Below are positions 46,885 through 57,891 of a DNA stretch of 64,000 bases, piece by piece. The stretch covers positions 6,507 to 70,506 of the forward strand of contig SAIX01000038.1 in the NCBI GenBank assembly GCA_004028765.1, written 5' to 3'. Origin of the DNA: Chitinophagaceae bacterium (GTDB lineage Bacteria > Bacteroidota > Bacteroidia > Chitinophagales > Chitinophagaceae). A model generated the notes under the pieces. It did not search any database and was not told the origin of the DNA. It saw nothing but the letters and a program-made list of their open reading frames with translations. The translations under genes were made by a program, and so were the position numbers. The first letter of the stretch is position 1. The number at the start of each line of letters is the position of its first letter.

Positions 46885-48807
46885 TTACCAGCCAATCCCG
46901 TAATCTTCACCGTTATTACTGCTGCCACCCCATAAACTGCCATGTTTCCAGTCGAAATAAATCGCATTGATGGGGCCGCTGGTCCGCTCTCCAATCGAAA
47001 TATTGTAACCCATTTTTTTCAATTCATTGCGCACAGCTTCGGGAGTGAGATTGGAGAGAAGGATATTTCCCGGTCTTGGTTTCCTGTCTTCCAATTTTGA
47101 TCCGCCCAGGGAAAGCCATAACTGGTTTGTATTAAAATTGGGCGCTTCGGTGGATTGTTGTACCGTCATACCAAATTCAACCATATTCAGGAAAAACTGC
47201 AGCAGGTTCTGATCCTGGGTATCCCCACCCTGCACACCAAAACACAAAAAGGGTTTGCCTTCTTTCAAAGCAAGAGAGGGCGTTAATGTAACCCTCGGCC
47301 TTTTACCCGGCTCCACTACATTAAATGGATCGATCAGCGGATCAAGTACAAAACTCTGCATCCGTTGGCTCATACCCACACCTGTACGGCCCGCAATACA
47401 GGCAGGCAGCCATCCGCCACTGGGTGTGATGGATACTACCCAGCCTGATGTATCGGCTGCTTCAACAGAAGTGGTGCCCCGCCACAACCGGTCCATGTAT
47501 TGTTCTTCTTCCAGCATGGCCAGCGTGTTTTTCTGTTCTTCAGGTAACAGGTAAGTCTGGTCATGTTTGGGCACGGCAGAACCATTTTTCGCTGAACTGT
47601 CGGTAAGCGCATTTCTTTTTTTCAGCAGATCGAGATACGGGTTTTGTTTTCCTTCAAAAGGATAGGGATCTCCCGGCGCCACAGAAGGGTCGTTTCGTTC
47701 GGGATTGATCTGTGCTGCCCTTTGTTTTGCATATGCTTTGCTCAGCAAACCTTTGATGGGTTCTTCCGGTGGAAAATTGGGATCCCCATAATAAAAATCA
47801 CGGTCTGCAAAACTCTGGTTCAAGGCCTGGTATACCGTATGGATGTATTTCGGGCTGTTATAGCCCATCGATTTGAGGTCAAAGTTTTCGAGTATGTTCA
47901 GAGCCTGCAATAACATGGGGCCCTGCGTCCACTGTTGCAGTTTGTACACTTCAATCCCTTTATAATTTGTATGCAGCGGTTCTTCCCAAACAGGTTTCCA
48001 TTTAGCTAGGTCTTCTTTGGTAATCAGCCCGCCCTGTTCTTTGCTGCCCCTTACAAATTCATCTGCAATATCCCCTTTGTAAAAACGATCAAATGCAGCC
48101 ATGATGGCGTCTTTGCGGCTTTTATGATTTTTCAATGCTGCATCTTCCGCATCCACCAGCTTCTGCAACGTATTCAGCAGGTCTTTCTGTACAAATATTT
48201 CACCTGCTTCCGGGGCTTCTCTTTTCTCGCCCTTATGCGACAGGAAAACGGCAGCGGAATAAGGCCATTGCTTTAGCATGTCCTTATTTTTTTCCATGCT
48301 GTTGGCCGTTTGTGCTTCTATCGGGTAACCTGCTGCCAATTGCATGGCCGGGGCCAATACCTGCCTGAGGCTTTTGGTGCCATATTCCATCAGCATATAA
48401 CAAAGCCCGCCAACCGTACCGGGTGTTACAGCCGCAAGCGGGCCGTATTCAGGCGGGAATGCATAACCCTTGCTTTTGAAAAATTCCACGGTTGCTCCTG
48501 AAGGCGCCACACCCAAAGCATTCAGCGCAATCACTTTTTTGGTTTTCGGGTTATAGATCAGGGCCTGTGTTTCACCGCCCCAGCTCAATACATCCCACAT
48601 GGTGCAGGTGGCGGCCAGCATGGCGCAGGCAGCGTCCACAGCATTGCCGCCCTGTTGAAACAACATGGAACCGGCAGCCGCTGCGAGTGGTTTCCCGGTA
48701 ACAGCCATCCAGTTTTTACCGTGCAGGGGAGGTTTCTGTGTTTGCTGGGAATACAATGAAGAAGTCAGGCATACAAAAGCGGCGAAGAGGTGTAATGATT
48801 TTCTCAT
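46885..48807 (-). CDS. ggt: Gamma-glutamyltransferase family protein, secreted
   Basis: GGNAVDAA, TPGTVGG, FADRDFYYGDP, nucleophile GTTSV, PGKRPRVT, GVQGG. Confidence 0.88.
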   Translation of the reverse strand: MRKSLHLFAAFVCLTSSLYSQQTQKPPLHGKNWMAVTGKPLAAAAGSMLFQQGGNAVDAACAMLAATCTMWDVLSWGGETQALIYNPKTKKVIALNALGVAPSGATVEFFKSKGYAFPPEYGPLAAVTPGTVGGLCYMLMEYGTKSLRQVLAPAMQLAAGYPIEAQTANSMEKNKDMLKQWPYSAAVFLSHKGEKREAPEAGEIFVQKDLLNTLQKLVDAEDAALKNHKSRKDAIMAAFDRFYKGDIADEFVRGSKEQGGLITKEDLAKWKPVWEEPLHTNYKGIEVYKLQQWTQGPMLLQALNILENFDLKSMGYNSPKYIHTVYQALNQSFADRDFYYGDPNFPPEEPIKGLLSKAYAKQRAAQINPERNDPSVAPGDPYPFEGKQNPYLDLLKKRNALTDSSAKNGSAVPKHDQTYLLPEEQKNTLAMLEEEQYMDRLWRGTTSVEAADTSGWVVSITPSGGWLPACIAGRTGVGMSQRMQSFVLDPLIDPFNVVEPGKRPRVTLTPSLALKEGKPFLCFGVQGGDTQDQNLLQFFLNMVEFGMTVQQSTEAPNFNTNQLWLSLGGSKLEDRKPRPGNILLSNLTPEAVRNELKKMGYNISIGERTSGPINAIYFDWKHGSLWGGSSNNGEDYGIGW

Positions 48808-48936
48808 AGTGGTTAATTCAGAAGTGGTGTTTTAAAGATACATCGTAAAACATCTGTCACAAAAATCCCGTTTATCCTTTTGCACACCGGTTATTTGTTT
48901 GTGCCGCTTTACCTTTGTTGAAACTCTGATAAAAGA

Positions 48937-50775
48937 TTGAAGCACCTTTCTGCCGTTAACAAATATTTCTGGAAATACCGGAACCGTTTCTTCATCGGTA
49001 TTTTCTTTGTAATGGCCTCCAACTATTTCGCTGTTCTTGCCCCGCAGGTTACAGGCTTTGTGGTAAGCCAGGTACAGCAGCGTTTGCCCGGCGCAAAACC
49101 GGGCGCTGCGAGGCCGGTGCATGATAAACTGGTAGACTGGTTTATTATACATATCCAGCAGGCACAATTCAGTTTTGGGTGGCTCATCGCTATCTGCAGT
49201 ATCACGATACTGGGGTTGGCCATTGCGAGGGGCGTACTCATGTTTTTCATGCGCCAAACCATTATCGTGATGAGCCGGCATATTGAATATGACCAGAAAA
49301 ACGAAATATTTGAACATTACCAGAAACTCGACACCCATTTTTACCGCACACATAGCACCGGCGACCTGATGAACCGTATGACGGAAGATGTGAGCCGGGT
49401 AAGGATGTACACGGGGCCGGCGGTAATGTATCTCATCAACCTTATTTCGCTGATCGGTTTCTGTGTGGTGAATATGCTGCGGAAAGATGTTCATTTAACC
49501 CTGCTGGTATTATCGCCGTTGCCCATACTCGCCATCACGATCTATCTCGTGAACAGCATCATCAATAAGAAAAGTGAAAAGATACAGGCGCTCTTATCCG
49601 ACCTCACCACCAATGCACAGGAATCCTTTTCAGGCATCCGCGTGATCAAATCATTTGTCCAGGAAAAAGCCATGCTGGGTTTCTTCCGCAGGAACAGTGA
49701 GGAATACAAAAAAAATGCCGTAGGCCTTGCAAAAGTGGAAGCCATTTATTTTCCGAGTATGGCGCTGATGATCGGCCTCAGCACACTTGTTACGATTTTA
49801 CTCGGTGGAATACAGGCTTTGCAGGATACCAGTAAAGTTGGGTTGATTGTGGAATTTGTGATCTATATCAATATGCTTACGTTTCCCGTAAGTGCTATTG
49901 GCTGGACGGCCAGTATGATACAGCGCGCAGCGGCTTCGCAGAAACGGTTGAATGAATTCCTTGAAACCAAACCGGAGATCAAAAATGTACCGGAGCCGGT
50001 ACCTGCCACAGCAACGGGCGAGATTGTTTTTGAGAATGTAAATTTCATTTATCTGCATACGGGCATCAAAGCCCTGCAGCAGTTCAACCTCCGGATAAAA
50101 AAAGGGGAGAAACTGCTCGTGCTCGGCCGTACAGGAAGCGGCAAATCCACGCTGGCACAGCTTCTCCTGCGGTTTTATGATCCCGGTGAAGGCAATATCC
50201 GCATTGGCGGTACCGACATCAGGCAGATGAACCTGCAGCAATTGCGCGAACAGGTGGGTTATGTGCAACAGGATATCTTTCTATTCAGTGATTCCGTGGC
50301 TGATAATATTCGTTTCGGGATGCGCGATGCAACTTCTATTGAGAAAGTAATGGAAGCAGCCGGGTTTGCAAGTGTGAGAAAAGAAATTGAAGGGTTCAGC
50401 AAAAGTTATGATACAATGATCGGGGAAAGAGGGGTGACTTTGAGCGGTGGGCAAAAACAAAGGATATCGATCGCAAGGGCATTGATCAAAGAACCTGAGA
50501 TCATTGTATTTGATGATTGTCTCAGCGCTGTGGATGCTAAAACAGAAAATGAGATCATTGGTAACCTCTACCGGTACCTGCATGATAAAACGGCCATCAT
50601 TATCACCCACCGCATATTTTCATCTTTTCCGTTTGATAATATCATTGTTCTCGAAGAGGGCAAACTTGCCGAGCAGGGCACACATGAAGAACTGATGGTG
50701 CGCAACGGCTATTATGCAGAATTATACCGACTGCAACTCAGTGAAAAGGCATCCGAAGCCGGGGAAATGGCTTAA
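48937..50775 (+). CDS. ABC exporter, fused permease/ATPase
   Basis: TM domain, STGDLMNRM, GRTGSGKST, LSGGQKQR, IIVFDD; TTG start. Confidence 0.92.
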   Translation: MKHLSAVNKYFWKYRNRFFIGIFFVMASNYFAVLAPQVTGFVVSQVQQRLPGAKPGAARPVHDKLVDWFIIHIQQAQFSFGWLIAICSITILGLAIARGVLMFFMRQTIIVMSRHIEYDQKNEIFEHYQKLDTHFYRTHSTGDLMNRMTEDVSRVRMYTGPAVMYLINLISLIGFCVVNMLRKDVHLTLLVLSPLPILAITIYLVNSIINKKSEKIQALLSDLTTNAQESFSGIRVIKSFVQEKAMLGFFRRNSEEYKKNAVGLAKVEAIYFPSMALMIGLSTLVTILLGGIQALQDTSKVGLIVEFVIYINMLTFPVSAIGWTASMIQRAAASQKRLNEFLETKPEIKNVPEPVPATATGEIVFENVNFIYLHTGIKALQQFNLRIKKGEKLLVLGRTGSGKSTLAQLLLRFYDPGEGNIRIGGTDIRQMNLQQLREQVGYVQQDIFLFSDSVADNIRFGMRDATSIEKVMEAAGFASVRKEIEGFSKSYDTMIGERGVTLSGGQKQRISIARALIKEPEIIVFDDCLSAVDAKTENEIIGNLYRYLHDKTAIIITHRIFSSFPFDNIIVLEEGKLAEQGTHEELMVRNGYYAELYRLQLSEKASEAGEMA

Positions 50776-50849
50776 TACAGGTATTTTTTTAATATTTATT
50801 TCAGGTATTCTGAGCAGGATTGAGAGGGGTACGGGTATTTTCCTAAAAT

Positions 50850-50879
50850 TTTGCTAATTATAAAACATCCCTATATTTG
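50850..50879 (+). promoter_or_regulatory. sigma-A promoter of the PUR/DUF3276 gene
   Basis: TTTG (50850-50853), 18 nt, TATATTTG (50872-50879). Confidence 0.55.
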
Positions 50880-50918
50880 TGACGCTTAAAGAGAATTTGC
50901 AAACCAAAACTTTCAACT

Positions 50919-51383
50919 GTGGCGTACGAGAACAACGACAAAAAAATGGATAGTGTTTACAGCAAACGGATCAGGGCTGGTAAAAGAAGGACCTATTTTT
51001 TTGATGTAAGGGCAACACGCGGGAATGATTATTTCCTGACCATCACCGAAAGCCGCAAACGCTTCGATGACAACGGTTACGACAGGCACAAGATCTTTCT
51101 GTACAAAGAAGATTTCAACAAGTTTATCAAAGCATTGGGTGAAGCGGTTGATTATGTGAAAACAGAACTGATGCCTGATTTTGATTTTGACGCATTTAAC
51201 CATGAATATCCCGAAGGGGAAGGAGAAGTTGCTGAAACGGAATCTGAAGTAGCAGCTGTACCTGCAGCTGTTGCCGAAGTGGCCCAGCCAGCCGCGGTTG
51301 CAGTAGCGGAAGTGGAAGCTCCTGCCGCTGAATCCAGTGCCGGAAGCAGCAACCTTGCTTCTGAAGTAGTTGACAAATGGTAA
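50919..51383 (+). CDS. PUR-family (DUF3276) ssDNA/RNA-binding protein with an acidic Ala-rich tail
   Basis: GTG start; YSKRIRAGKRRTYFFDV, YFLTITESRK, HKIFLYKEDF. Confidence 0.85.
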   Translation: MAYENNDKKMDSVYSKRIRAGKRRTYFFDVRATRGNDYFLTITESRKRFDDNGYDRHKIFLYKEDFNKFIKALGEAVDYVKTELMPDFDFDAFNHEYPEGEGEVAETESEVAAVPAAVAEVAQPAAVAVAEVEAPAAESSAGSSNLASEVVDKW

Positions 51384-51421
51384 AGCAATCCCCAACAACT
51401 AACAACTGACTGCCTTATTAC

Positions 51422-51450
51422 AAAGCCGCTCTTCTGAGCGGCTTTTGTTT
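51422..51450. terminator. Bidirectional terminator
   Basis: AAAGCCGCTC-TTCT-GAGCGGCTTT between convergent genes. Confidence 0.8.
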
Positions 51451-51941
51451 TACAGCTCTTTCAGCATCCAGATATCACAGCCGCAGTGGCCGGAATTGCC
51501 CATGGGACTATCAAGATAATGAAACCCGAATTTTTCGTAGACGCTTACGGCTTTTTTCAGTTCGGGCATGGTTTCGAGGTATACGGAACGAAAACCATTC
51601 TCTTTCGCTTTTTCAAGACAGAGGTTGATCATTCTCCGGCCAAGACCCATACCACGGGCATCGGCAGAGAGATACATTTTCACGAGTTCACAGGTGCCTT
51701 CGGGTAAGGCTTCTGTCGGGAAGATACCCGCGCCGCCCAATAAACGGCCATCCAGCTCGGCTATAAAATAAGCGCTGTTCTGTGTCGATTCAAAAAGTTC
51801 AAATAAATGGTCGGTGGTATCATCATAATACACCGTACCCGGTTTATTCGCACCAAACTCCTCCAGGCTGCGGCGGATGATCGCAGCCATTGCCGCATTA
51901 TCGCGGGGCTCTATCGGGCGTATCATGATTTGGTCGATCAA
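51450..51941 (-). CDS. GNAT-family acetyltransferase
   Basis: [30 protein letters not shown]. Confidence 0.9.
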   Translation of the reverse strand: MIDQIMIRPIEPRDNAAMAAIIRRSLEEFGANKPGTVYYDDTTDHLFELFESTQNSAYFIAELDGRLLGGAGIFPTEALPEGTCELVKMYLSADARGMGLGRRMINLCLEKAKENGFRSVYLETMPELKKAVSVYEKFGFHYLDSPMGNSGHCGCDIWMLKEL

Positions 51942-53596
51942 TTTTTGCGAAAGGTTTTAAAGGCATTGATAAGCCCGTTTGTGGAAGCATCGTGTGTCGA
52001 TACAAAATCATCTGTTGTTAACTCAGGTAAAATCTGGTTGGCCAGTTGCTTACCCAATTCAACCCCCCACTGGTCAAAACTGAAAATATTCCAGATCACC
52101 CCCTGCACAAATATCTTATGCTCATACAACGCGATCAGGCTGCCCAGTGTAAACGGGTCGATCTCTTTTACCAGGATCGAATTGGTGGGGCGGTTGCCTT
52201 CAAACACTTTATACGGCGTCAGCTTTTTGATTTCATCTTCCTTTTTCCCGGCTTTCATCAATTCGATCTTTACATCATTCTCAGTTTTCCCATTCATCAG
52301 TGCCTCTGTCTGTGCGAAAAAATTCGATAACAATTTCACATGGTGATCGCCAAGCGGGTTATGACTGATAGCCGGAGCAATAAAATCGCAGGGGATCAAA
52401 CAGGTGCCCTGGTGGATCAGTTGATAAAAAGCATGCTGCCCATTGGTGCCGGGTTCGCCCCATATCACCGGGCCTGTTGCATAATTCACAGGATTTCCGC
52501 TGCGGTCGATGCTTTTTCCATTGCTCTCCATATTCCCCTGCTGAAAATAGGCCGGGAAGCGGTGCATGTATTGATCGTAGGGAAGAATGGCTTCGCTTTG
52601 TGCGCCGAAAAAATTGGTGTACCATATCCCGATCAAAGCCATGAGCACGGGTATGTTTTTGTCAAATTTCTCTGTACGGAAATGCTCATCTACTGAAAAC
52701 GCACCGCGTAATAACTGTTCAAAATTCGCATAGCCGATGGTTAGTGCAATCGATAACCCGATCGCACTCCACAAAGAATATCTTCCGCCTACCCAGTCCC
52801 AGAACTCGAACATATTGGCTTTGTCGATCCCGAAGGCCGTCACTTCTTTTTCATTCGTACTCAAGGCAGCAAAATGTTTGGCGATATGCTTTTCATCAAC
52901 TGCTTTTTCGAGGAACCAGGCACGTGCCGTATGCGCGTTGGTCATGGTTTCCTGCGTGGTAAAGGTTTTAGATGCTACAAGAAAAAGGGTTTCTTCTGCG
53001 TCTACTTTTTTCAGCGTTTCCGCAATATGCGTTCCATCAACATTACTTACGAAATAGGTTTCAATACCTTCCTGCCAGTAGGGGCGCAAAGCTTCTGTTA
53101 CCATGTATGGGCCAAGATCGCTGCCGCCGATACCGATGTTCACGATATACCGGATCTTCTTACCCGAATATCCTTTCCATTTGCCGCTGTGTACCTGGTC
53201 GCAGAATTTTTTCATCTGCTCCTGCACTTTGCGGATCCTTGGCATGATGTCTTTTCCTTCCACCAGTATGGCTGTGTCCGAAAAATTACGCAGGGCGGTG
53301 TGCAGAACAGAACGCTGTTCCGTTTCGTTAATGCGGATACCGGCAAACATATCATGGATCGCATCCTTCAACTGGCAGTCTTCTGCAAGTTGCAATAACA
53401 AGGTCAGCGTTTTCTGGCTGATGATATTCTTTGAATAATCGAAGAGGATGTTTTCAAGGTTTACCGAGAATTTTTTAAACCTGTCGGGATCGGCCTGGAA
53501 CAGATCGCGCATATGCCGCCTGTTCATTTCTTCCTCATGGTGCTTTTTCAATAAAAACCAGGCCTGTGTATTCGTGGGATTGATTCTGGGTAACAT
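51938..53596 (-). CDS. pgi: Glucose-6-phosphate isomerase
   Basis: [43 protein letters not shown]. Confidence 0.99.
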   Translation of the reverse strand: MLPRINPTNTQAWFLLKKHHEEEMNRRHMRDLFQADPDRFKKFSVNLENILFDYSKNIISQKTLTLLLQLAEDCQLKDAIHDMFAGIRINETEQRSVLHTALRNFSDTAILVEGKDIMPRIRKVQEQMKKFCDQVHSGKWKGYSGKKIRYIVNIGIGGSDLGPYMVTEALRPYWQEGIETYFVSNVDGTHIAETLKKVDAEETLFLVASKTFTTQETMTNAHTARAWFLEKAVDEKHIAKHFAALSTNEKEVTAFGIDKANMFEFWDWVGGRYSLWSAIGLSIALTIGYANFEQLLRGAFSVDEHFRTEKFDKNIPVLMALIGIWYTNFFGAQSEAILPYDQYMHRFPAYFQQGNMESNGKSIDRSGNPVNYATGPVIWGEPGTNGQHAFYQLIHQGTCLIPCDFIAPAISHNPLGDHHVKLLSNFFAQTEALMNGKTENDVKIELMKAGKKEDEIKKLTPYKVFEGNRPTNSILVKEIDPFTLGSLIALYEHKIFVQGVIWNIFSFDQWGVELGKQLANQILPELTTDDFVSTHDASTNGLINAFKTFRKN

Positions 53597-53638
53597 AGTC
53601 AGTAACTTCTTTTGGTTTGTAACAATTTCAGATGGCTG

Positions 53639-54652
53639 TTACAATGCATTGATCACGGCAATCGTTTGCTTAACGTCTTCCGGGTGTATGTCGAGATGCA
53701 GAACCATGCGTATCTGGGTAGGGGAGATGGCGATCACGATAATACCTTCTTCTTTCAACCGGGCGGCAAGCGAAGCAGCGGTAAAACGCCCCTTCACTTC
53801 AAATATAACGATATTGGTTTCAACCGGCAGTATCTCACCGGTAAAGTCTTTTTGCGAAAGCGCTTCGGCAAGCTGCCTGGCATGTGCATGGTCTTCTTTC
53901 AGCCTGTGTACATGGTTTTCGAGGGCATACAATCCTGCCGCAGCCAGAAAACCTGCCTGGCGCATACCGCCACCCAGCAATTTCCGGATCCTGCGCGCCT
54001 TGCGGATCATTTCCTTTGTCCCGATCAAAACACTGCCTACGGGAGTGCCAAGGCCCTTGCTCAGGCAGATCGAGATTGAATCGAAAACCTTACCATACTG
54101 CTCAGGCTTCTCGCGTTTGGCAACAAGGGCATTGAACAGCCGCGCACCATCCAGGTGCAGCTTCAGGTTATTTTTTAAGCAAACTTCTTTAATCGCCTCT
54201 ATCTCAGTAAAATCATAACAGCTGCCGCCGCCGCGATTGGCTGTATTTTCAAGAGATACCAGTGTGGTTACCGGTTTATGAACATCATCGGGGTTGATAT
54301 TCTCCGCCACCTGCTGCGCAGTGATCCGCCCCCGGTCGCCTTCGATCAGTCTTACAGATGCCAGTGAATTCACAGCGATTCCTCCGCCTTCATACTGGTA
54401 AATATGCGAAAGCCTGTCGCAGATCACTTCATCACCGGGTTGCGTATGGCATTTGATGGCGATCTGGTTGGTCATGGTGCCGCTTGGACAAAACAGGGCC
54501 GCTTCCATCGCAAAAAGGCTGGCACAGGTATTTTCCAGGAGGTTAATGCTGGGATCTTCCCCAAATACATCATCACCAACGGGGGCTTTCATCATGGCTT
54601 CGAGCATACCCGGCGTTGGACGGGTAAGGGTATCGGAACGGAAATCAATCAT
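53639..54652 (-). CDS. ltaE: Low-specificity L-threonine aldolase
   Basis: DFRSDT, GDDVFGEDP, SGTMTNQ, HLDGARL, LSKGLG. Confidence 0.93.
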   Translation of the reverse strand: MIDFRSDTLTRPTPGMLEAMMKAPVGDDVFGEDPSINLLENTCASLFAMEAALFCPSGTMTNQIAIKCHTQPGDEVICDRLSHIYQYEGGGIAVNSLASVRLIEGDRGRITAQQVAENINPDDVHKPVTTLVSLENTANRGGGSCYDFTEIEAIKEVCLKNNLKLHLDGARLFNALVAKREKPEQYGKVFDSISICLSKGLGTPVGSVLIGTKEMIRKARRIRKLLGGGMRQAGFLAAAGLYALENHVHRLKEDHAHARQLAEALSQKDFTGEILPVETNIVIFEVKGRFTAASLAARLKEEGIIVIAISPTQIRMVLHLDIHPEDVKQTIAVINAL

Positions 54653-54916
54653 GCCTGCGAAGATAACCGCTAATGCGTAGTTAAGATTCAGCTATTCAGT
54701 AGATTATTTATACAGAACCTGCCAAAAAACAGCGTGTTTTTACCCAAATACAGAAGTTTTTCCACAAAAGCTGGCATATCTCGGTGTTGCAACGTACCTT
54801 TGCAAACCTTGAAAAAGACCATTTTGGAAAATTTACCGTTTCGTTTACAGCGTTGGTAAAACAAAAGGAGTCTAATGATCGTTTACCAATTATAAGAGAC
54901 TAAGTAATTCCACACC

Positions 54917-55774
54917 ATGAGGCAGCTCAAAATCGCAACCCAGATTACCAACCGTGATTCCCAGGCAGTTGAAAAATACCTCCAGGAAATCTCCAAAATC
55001 CCGATGATCACCCCGGAAGAGGAAACCACCCTTGCCCAGCGGATCAAAATGGGAGACCAGCGGGCGTTGGATAAACTGGTACAGGCGAACCTGCGTTTCG
55101 TGGTGTCGGTTGCCAAACAATACCAGCACCAGGGTTTATCCCTCAGCGACCTGATCAACGAAGGGAACCTCGGCCTTATCAAAGCTGCACAGCGTTTTGA
55201 TGAAACCAAGGGTTTTAAATTCATTTCTTACGCAGTATGGTGGATCCGTCAGTCGATCCTGCAGGCTTTGGCTGAACAGGGAAGGCTGGTTCGTTTGCCA
55301 CAGAATAAGATCGGTACTTATAATAAAGCCAATAAAGCTTATATGGCTTTTGAACAGGAGCATGAGCGCGAACCTTCAACCGAAGAGTTGGCTGAGATAC
55401 TGGAAATGAGTGAAACCGAGATCAACAACATCTTCCAAAGCAATACGCGACATACCTCACTCGATGCACCGGTACATGAAGCGGAAGATGTGGCCATGGG
55501 CGACCTGCTGGAGGGAAGCGACGATACTGACGAAGATGTGATGAAAGATTCACTGCGTGAAGAGATCCGCCGTGTATTGAAATCGTTGAGCCCACGCGAA
55601 GCAGAGATCGTAAATGCCTATTTTGGCCTTGACGGAGAAAACGGTGTAACCATCGAACAGATTGGTATGAAATACGACCTCACCAAGGAACGTATCCGCC
55701 AGATCAAGGAAAGAGCGATCAAACGTCTACAGAAAGCGCGTTACAGTAATGCACTGAAAGCATATTTGGGATAA
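54917..55774 (+). CDS. RpoD/SigA-family sigma factor (short Bacteroidota type, probably a second paralog)
   Basis: MRQLKI, NLRFVVSVAKQY, DLINEGNLGL, FISYAVWWIRQSI, ERIRQI; no region 1.1. TACCTTTG at 54795-54802. Confidence 0.9.
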   Translation: MRQLKIATQITNRDSQAVEKYLQEISKIPMITPEEETTLAQRIKMGDQRALDKLVQANLRFVVSVAKQYQHQGLSLSDLINEGNLGLIKAAQRFDETKGFKFISYAVWWIRQSILQALAEQGRLVRLPQNKIGTYNKANKAYMAFEQEHEREPSTEELAEILEMSETEINNIFQSNTRHTSLDAPVHEAEDVAMGDLLEGSDDTDEDVMKDSLREEIRRVLKSLSPREAEIVNAYFGLDGENGVTIEQIGMKYDLTKERIRQIKERAIKRLQKARYSNALKAYLG

Positions 55775-55792
55775 GATTCATCCCCCTGAAAT

Positions 55793-55819
55793 AAAGCCCT
55801 GTTCACGCGGGGCTTTTTT
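55793..55819 (+). terminator. Terminator after the sigma factor gene
   Basis: AAAGCCCTG..CGGGGCTTT plus T-run. Confidence 0.7.
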
Positions 55820-55896
55820 GTACCCGCACATGAACAGCTATCCCCGCTGATAACTTTTAGCGTTTCTGCTTGTTAAGGCTTACATACATTTGCTTT

Positions 55897-56787
55897 ATGA
55901 GGATTGTCAGAACAATCATGGCAGCGGCAACTGGTGTTTTCTTGTTTTCCTGTGAGAAAACTATACAGGTACAACCCGAACAGCAGGCCCCCAAACTGGT
56001 GGTGGAAGCGCAGATAGAAGACGGGCAGCCGCCGATCGTTGTATTATCCAGTTCACTCAATTATTTCACAACCATCGATGCAGCTACACTCAACGGCTCG
56101 TATGTGCATGGTGCAAAAATCAGCATCAGCGACGGGCAAAAAACTGTTCCGCTCAAAGAATATACTGTGCCGCTGGCAGGTGGGTTCTTCTTTTATTATT
56201 ACAGCCCTTCGCAAAGCTCACCACTTACAACAATGATCGGTGCACAGGGAAAAAAATATGACCTGCGTATCGAAACGGGCAGCCAGGTATATACTTCTTC
56301 CACAACGATCCCGATGCTTACCAAACTGATCGATTCACTCTGGTGGAAACCGGCACCGGATAATCCCGATACTTCAAAAGCCGTTTTAATGGCAAGGGTA
56401 ACCGATCCGCCGGGTTATGGAAATTATATCCGGTATTTTACGAGCGTGAACGGCAATAACTTTTATCCTGGGCTAAACAGTGTGTATGACGATCAGATTG
56501 TTGACGGCACCACCTACGACATACAGATACAGCAGGGTGTTGCGCGTAATGAAAAAGTGGATTTTAAAGAATATGGTTATTTCAGGCGGGGAGATACCGT
56601 GATCGTAAAACAATGCAATATCGATAAAGCCACATACGATTTCTGGCGTACCTGGGAATTTACATACCAGTCAATCGGAAATCCTTTCTCAACACCGGGA
56701 AAAGTGATAGGCAATATCAGCAATAACGGGCTGGGCTCTTTCTGTGGCTACGCGGTTCAGTATAAACGCCTGATTATCCCCAAATAA
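55897..56787 (+). CDS. DUF4249-type lipoprotein
   Basis: Lipobox LFS-C-EK; PKLVVEA and GNISNNGLGSFCG family-like motifs. Start moved to 55897; TACATTTG 4 nt upstream. Confidence 0.75.
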   Translation: MRIVRTIMAAATGVFLFSCEKTIQVQPEQQAPKLVVEAQIEDGQPPIVVLSSSLNYFTTIDAATLNGSYVHGAKISISDGQKTVPLKEYTVPLAGGFFFYYYSPSQSSPLTTMIGAQGKKYDLRIETGSQVYTSSTTIPMLTKLIDSLWWKPAPDNPDTSKAVLMARVTDPPGYGNYIRYFTSVNGNNFYPGLNSVYDDQIVDGTTYDIQIQQGVARNEKVDFKEYGYFRRGDTVIVKQCNIDKATYDFWRTWEFTYQSIGNPFSTPGKVIGNISNNGLGSFCGYAVQYKRLIIPK

Positions 56788-56863
56788 TAAATGGTTGTGT
56801 AAAATCATTCCTCCCAAACTGCAAGGGAATGATATTTTTGTGCGTCTAAATCAGAAAGAAAGT

Positions 56864-57811
56864 ATGTCAGCAGAGGTTTCAGAAAAAGTACATGTATTGA
56901 TCATCGGTTCGGGTCCTGCAGGGTATACGGCCGCTATTTATGCAGCCAGGGCGAATATGAAACCCGTTTTATACCAGGGTATCCAGCCCGGCGGGCAATT
57001 AACAATAACAACCGAAGTAGAGAATTATCCAGGCTACCCGGAAGGCATACAGGGCCCTGAAATGATGGTGCATTTTGAAAAACAGGCCGCAAGGATGGGA
57101 GCGGATATCCGTTACGGGCTTGCGACAAAAGTGGATTTCAGCCAGCAGCCATACAAGGTTTGGATCGATGATGAGAAACTGATTGAGGCTGATGCAGTGA
57201 TTATCTGCACAGGCGCCTCTGCCAAATGGCTCGGATTGCCAAGTGAGCAGAAGCTGAATGGTTTTGGGGTAAGTGCCTGCGCAGTTTGTGATGGTTTCTT
57301 TTTCCGAGGGAAAGAAGTCGCGATCGTGGGAGCCGGTGATACTGCAGCGGAGGAAGCCTTATATCTTTCCAAACTCTGTACAACGGTTCACATGCTGATC
57401 CGGAAAGATAAAATGCGTGCCAGCAAAGTGATGCAGGATCGTGTGTTGCATGCACCCAACATCAAAGTGTACTGGAATACGGAGACAGAAGAAATACTGG
57501 GCGAACAGAAAGTGGAAGCCATGCGTATCCGCAATAACCAGACGAATGAAACACAGGAAATTCCCATCAGTGGTTTTTTTGTTGCGATAGGCCACCAACC
57601 CAATTCAGATATTTTCAAAGGCTGGATTGATATGGATGAAACCGGGTATATCCTTACACAACCCGGCACTTCTAAAACAAATGTGGAAGGGGTGTTTGCT
57701 GCAGGTGATGTGCAGGACAAAAATTACCGCCAGGCTGTAACTGCTGCCGGCAGTGGCTGTATGGCCGCACTTGATGCAGAAAGATATCTCAGTGCAAAAG
57801 GGATCGTGTGA
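56864..57811 (+). CDS. trxB: Thioredoxin-disulfide reductase
   Basis: IIGSGPAGYTAA, SACAVCDG, VGAGDTA, FAAGDVQD. Start moved to 56864; TATTTTTG at 56833-56840. Confidence 0.97.
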   Translation: MSAEVSEKVHVLIIGSGPAGYTAAIYAARANMKPVLYQGIQPGGQLTITTEVENYPGYPEGIQGPEMMVHFEKQAARMGADIRYGLATKVDFSQQPYKVWIDDEKLIEADAVIICTGASAKWLGLPSEQKLNGFGVSACAVCDGFFFRGKEVAIVGAGDTAAEEALYLSKLCTTVHMLIRKDKMRASKVMQDRVLHAPNIKVYWNTETEEILGEQKVEAMRIRNNQTNETQEIPISGFFVAIGHQPNSDIFKGWIDMDETGYILTQPGTSKTNVEGVFAAGDVQDKNYRQAVTAAGSGCMAALDAERYLSAKGIV

Positions 57812-57814
57812 TAT

Positions 57815-57889
57815 AGTTAAAAGTTAAGAGTCAGGAGTCTAGAGTAACGGACTCAACTTTTAACTTTTAACTTTTAACTTTTAACTTTT
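57815..57889. repeat. Two-armed heptamer array (AGTTAAA units / five perfect AACTTTT units)
   Basis: agttaaa-agttaag-agtcagg-agtctag-agtaacg, then (aactttt)x5 ending 2 nt before the folB ATG. The arms are complementary. Confidence 0.85.
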
Positions 57890-57891
57890 CT

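Noticed and set aside
51392-51413. Possible ninth heptamer array (ACAACTA-ACAACTG)
   Set aside because: Only two clear units; too short to support.
54758-54766. Single DnaA-like box TTTTCCACA upstream of the sigma gene
   Set aside because: An isolated 9-mer with no partner box is within chance expectation.
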